A stretch of 64,000 nt of DNA from the NCBI RefSeq assembly GCF_006345805.1, contig NW_021833028.1, forward strand, positions 143,463-207,462, in the 5' to 3' direction. The notes below the pieces were generated by a model. The model was not told where the DNA came from. It was given only the letters and a program-made list of their open reading frames with translations, and searched no databases. Each line of letters begins with the position of its first letter. Within the stretch, counting starts at the first letter, position 1. The translations under genes and the position numbers were made by a program. Of the stretch, positions 60,645 to 64,000 are shown in pieces. The DNA comes from Octopus sinensis (taxonomy: Eukaryota).

Positions 60645-63600
60645 ATAATGTACTCAATTTATTACATAATCTCAAGTACCCCAATATCTTATCTAAGGAA
60701 CTTGTTAAATTACATAATATATTACGCAATTTATTACTCAATTTATTACATAATCTCAGGTATCCCCATATCTTCACATCTACGGACCATCCAAAATTGC
60801 ATAATATATTACGTAATTTATTACTCAATTTATTACATTATCTAAAGTACCCCATTTCCTTAGATCTATGGACCTTCCAAAATTCAATGATATATTAAGC
60901 AATTTATGACGCAATTTATTACATAATCCCAAGTACCTTCATATCCTCATTTCTATAGATCTTGCAAAATTGTATCCTATTTTACGCAATTTTTCTCGCA
61001 AGTTATAACATAATCTCAAGTACTCCAAATAGTCACATCTACGGAATTTCCAAAATTGCATAATATATTACGAAATTTATTACTCAATTTATTACATTAT
61101 CTCAAGTACCCCCATATCATATGCAAGGAACTTGTTAAATTGCATAATATATTAAGCAATTTATTACTCAATTTATTACATAATCTCAAGTACCCCCATA
61201 TCATATGCAAGGAACTTGTTAAATTACATAATATATTACGCAATTTATTACTCAATTTATTACATAATCTCAAGTACCCCCATATCATATGCAAGGAACT
61301 TGTTAAACTACATAATATATTACGCAATTTATTACTCAATTTATTACATAATCTCAAGTATTCCCATATCATATGCAAGGAACTTGTTAAATTGCATAAT
61401 ATATTACGCAATTTATTACTCAATTTATTACATAATCTCAAGTACTCCCATATCATATGCAAGGAACTTGTTAAATTGCATAATATATTACGCAATTTAT
61501 TACAAAATTTATTACATAATCTCAAGTACCCCCATATCATATGCAAGGAACTTGTTAAATTACATAATATATTACGCAATTTATTACTCAATTTATTACA
61601 TAATCTCAAGTACCTCCATATCATATGCAAGGAACTTGTTAAATTGCATAATATATTACGCAATTTATTACTCAATTTATTACATAATCTCAAGTACCCC
61701 CATATCATATGCAAAAAAACTTGTTAAATTGCATAATATATTACTCAATTTATTACTCAATATATTACATAATCTCAAGTAACCCCATATCATATGCAAG
61801 GAACTTGTTAAATTGCATAATATATTACGCAATTTATTACTCAAATTATTACATAATCTCAAGTACCCGAATATCATATGCAAGGAACTTGTTAAATGTA
61901 TAATAATTACGCAATTTATTACTCAATTTATTACATAATCTCAAGTACCCCCATATCATATGCAAGGAACTTGTTAAATTGCATAATATATTACGCAATT
62001 TATTACTCAATTTATTACATAATCTCAAGTACCCCCATATCATATGCAAGGAACTTGTTAAATTACATAATATATTACGCAATTTATTACTCAATTTATT
62101 ACATAATCTCAAGTACCCCCATATCCTTACATCTACGGATCATCCAAAATTGCTAATATATTACGCAATTTATTACTCAATTTATTACATAATCTCAAGT
62201 ACCCCCATATCATATGCTAGGAACTTGTTAAATTACATAATATATTACGCAATTTATTACTCAATTTATTACATAATCTCAAGTACCCCCATATCATATG
62301 CAAGGAACTTGTTAAATTACATAATATATTACGCAATTTATTACTCAATTTATTACATAATCTCAAGTAACCCCATATCATATGCAAGGAACTTGTTAAA
62401 TTGCATAATATATTACGCAATTTATTACTCAAATTATTACATAATCTCAAGTACCCGAATATCATATGCAAGGAACTTGGTAAATTGCATAATATATTAC
62501 GCAATTTATTACTCAATTTATTACATAATCTCAAGTACCCCCATATCATATGCAAGGAACTTGTTAAATTGCATAATATATTACGCAATTTATTACTCAA
62601 TTTATTACATAATCTCAAGTACCCCCATATCATATGCAAGAACTTGTTAAATTGCATAATGTATTACGCAATTTATTACTCAATTTTACATAATCTCATA
62701 CGTGCAATTTATTAAGCAATTTTATTGCATAATCTCAAGTACTCCCATATCCTTACATCTACGGACCATCCAAAATTGCTATATATTACGCAATTTATTA
62801 CTCAATTTATTACATAATCTCAATTACCCCCAGTACCATCATATGCAAGGAACTTGTTAAACTACATAATATATTACGCAATTATTTTACTCAATTTATT
62901 ACATAATCTCAAGTATTCCCATATCATATGCAAGGAACTTGTTAAATGCATAATATATTACGCAATTTATTACTCAATTTATTACATATCTCAAGTACCC
63001 CCATATCATATGCAAGGAACTTGTTAAATTACATAATATTTACGCAATTTATTACTCAATTTATTACATAATCTCTCAAGTACCCCCATATCCTTACATC
63101 TACGGATCATCCAAAATTGCTAATATATTACGCAATTTATTACTCAATTTATTACATAATCTCAAGTCCCCCCATATATATGCTAGGAACTTGTTAAATT
63201 ACATAATATATACGCAATTTAATTACTCAATTATTACATAATCTCAAGTATCCCCATATCATATGCAAGGAACTTGTTAAATTACATAATATATTACGCA
63301 ATTTATTACTCAATTTATTACATAATCTCAAGTAACCCCATATCATATGCAAGGAACTTGTTAATTGCATAATATATTACGCAATTTATTACTCAATTAT
63401 TACTAATCTCAAGTACCCGAATATCATATGCAAGGAACTTGGTAATTGCATAATATATTCGCAATTTATTACTCAATTTATTACATAATTTCAAGTACCC
63501 CCCCATATCATATGCAAGGAACTTGTTAAATGCATATATATTACGCAATTTATTACTCAATTTATTACATAATCTCAAGTACCCCCATATCATATGCAAG

Positions 63601-64000
63601 GAACTTGTTAAATTGCATAATATATTACGCAATTTATTACTCAATTTATTACATAATCTCAAGTACCCCCATATCATCATATGCAGGAACTTGTTAAATT
63701 GCATAATTATTACGCAATTTATTACTCAATTTATTTCATAATCTCATACGCAATTTATACGCCAATTTATACATATCTCAAGTACTCCCATATCCTTACA
63801 TCTACGGCTCATCCAAAATTGCATAATCCTTACGCAATTTATTACTCATTAGTACTCAATTTATTCATAACTCATACGCAATTTATTACGCAATTTATTA
63901 CATAATCTCAATACCCCCATATCATTACATCTACGTACCATCTAAAATTGCATAATATATTACGCAATTTATTACTCAATTATTACATAATCTCAAGTAC
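60645..64000. repeat. 84-bp AT-rich tandem satellite (about 40 units, running off the window)
   Basis: Unit ATTGCATAATATATTACGCAATTTATTACTCAATTTATTACATAATCTCAAGTACCCCCATATCATATGCAAGGAACTTGTTAA; degenerate at 60645-61050, homogeneous afterwards; minor variant unit contains CCTTACATCTACGGA. Confidence 0.97.

Noticed and set aside
60645-64000. CRISPR-like array
   Set aside because: Contiguous tandem units without unique spacers, eukaryotic context and no cas genes.
1-64000. Reassigned stop codons (ciliate-type code) to explain broken ORFs; Fanzor/TnpB genes
   Set aside because: In-frame stops in host genes disappear on removing tiny introns, and genes end in TAA, TAG or TGA. No RuvC plus zinc-ribbon TnpB pattern was seen.

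Overview
AT-rich eukaryotic (metazoan) genomic DNA in the standard genetic code. Host genes are compact and split by very small spliceosomal introns, mostly 21-35 nt and GT-AG. That intron size, together with multi-PDZ and centriole/cilium genes, best fits a dicyemid-like miniaturised animal genome; this is inference, not a database match. Host genes recovered by manual splicing: a Cpes-like CDP-alcohol phosphotransferase, GALK2, NUP107, QRSL1/GatA, PYM1, CEP112, a CCDC166-like coiled-coil protein, a 4-PDZ protein, ADAT2, SIRT1 and an isolated cathepsin I29 prodomain. They sit as islands in dense, deeply nested transposon DNA: Tc1/mariner, three kinds of hAT, Ginger2/TDD-like DDE integrase elements, about 12 fragments of CRE-like RLE retrotransposons, R2/R4-like RLE elements, an APE-type Vingi/Ingi-like LINE family, RTE fragments and a candidate tRNA-derived SINE. 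The window ends in an 84-bp satellite array. The most notable observations are: (i) a TGT...ACA non-autonomous element with a 5-bp TSD that carries an internal telomere-like array and shares its terminus with an intron-containing Ginger-like integrase element inserted in the satellite; (ii) DNA transposases carrying host-sized introns at conserved positions; (iii) a covarying RNA hairpin inside the last codons of divergent CRE copies; (iv) a satellite built from phased C/EBP/PAR-bZIP-type sites; (v) two candidate non-AG 3' splice sites. Homopolymer indels are evident, so frameshifts and non-canonical sites need checking against reads. All family assignments come from recalled motifs, not searches.
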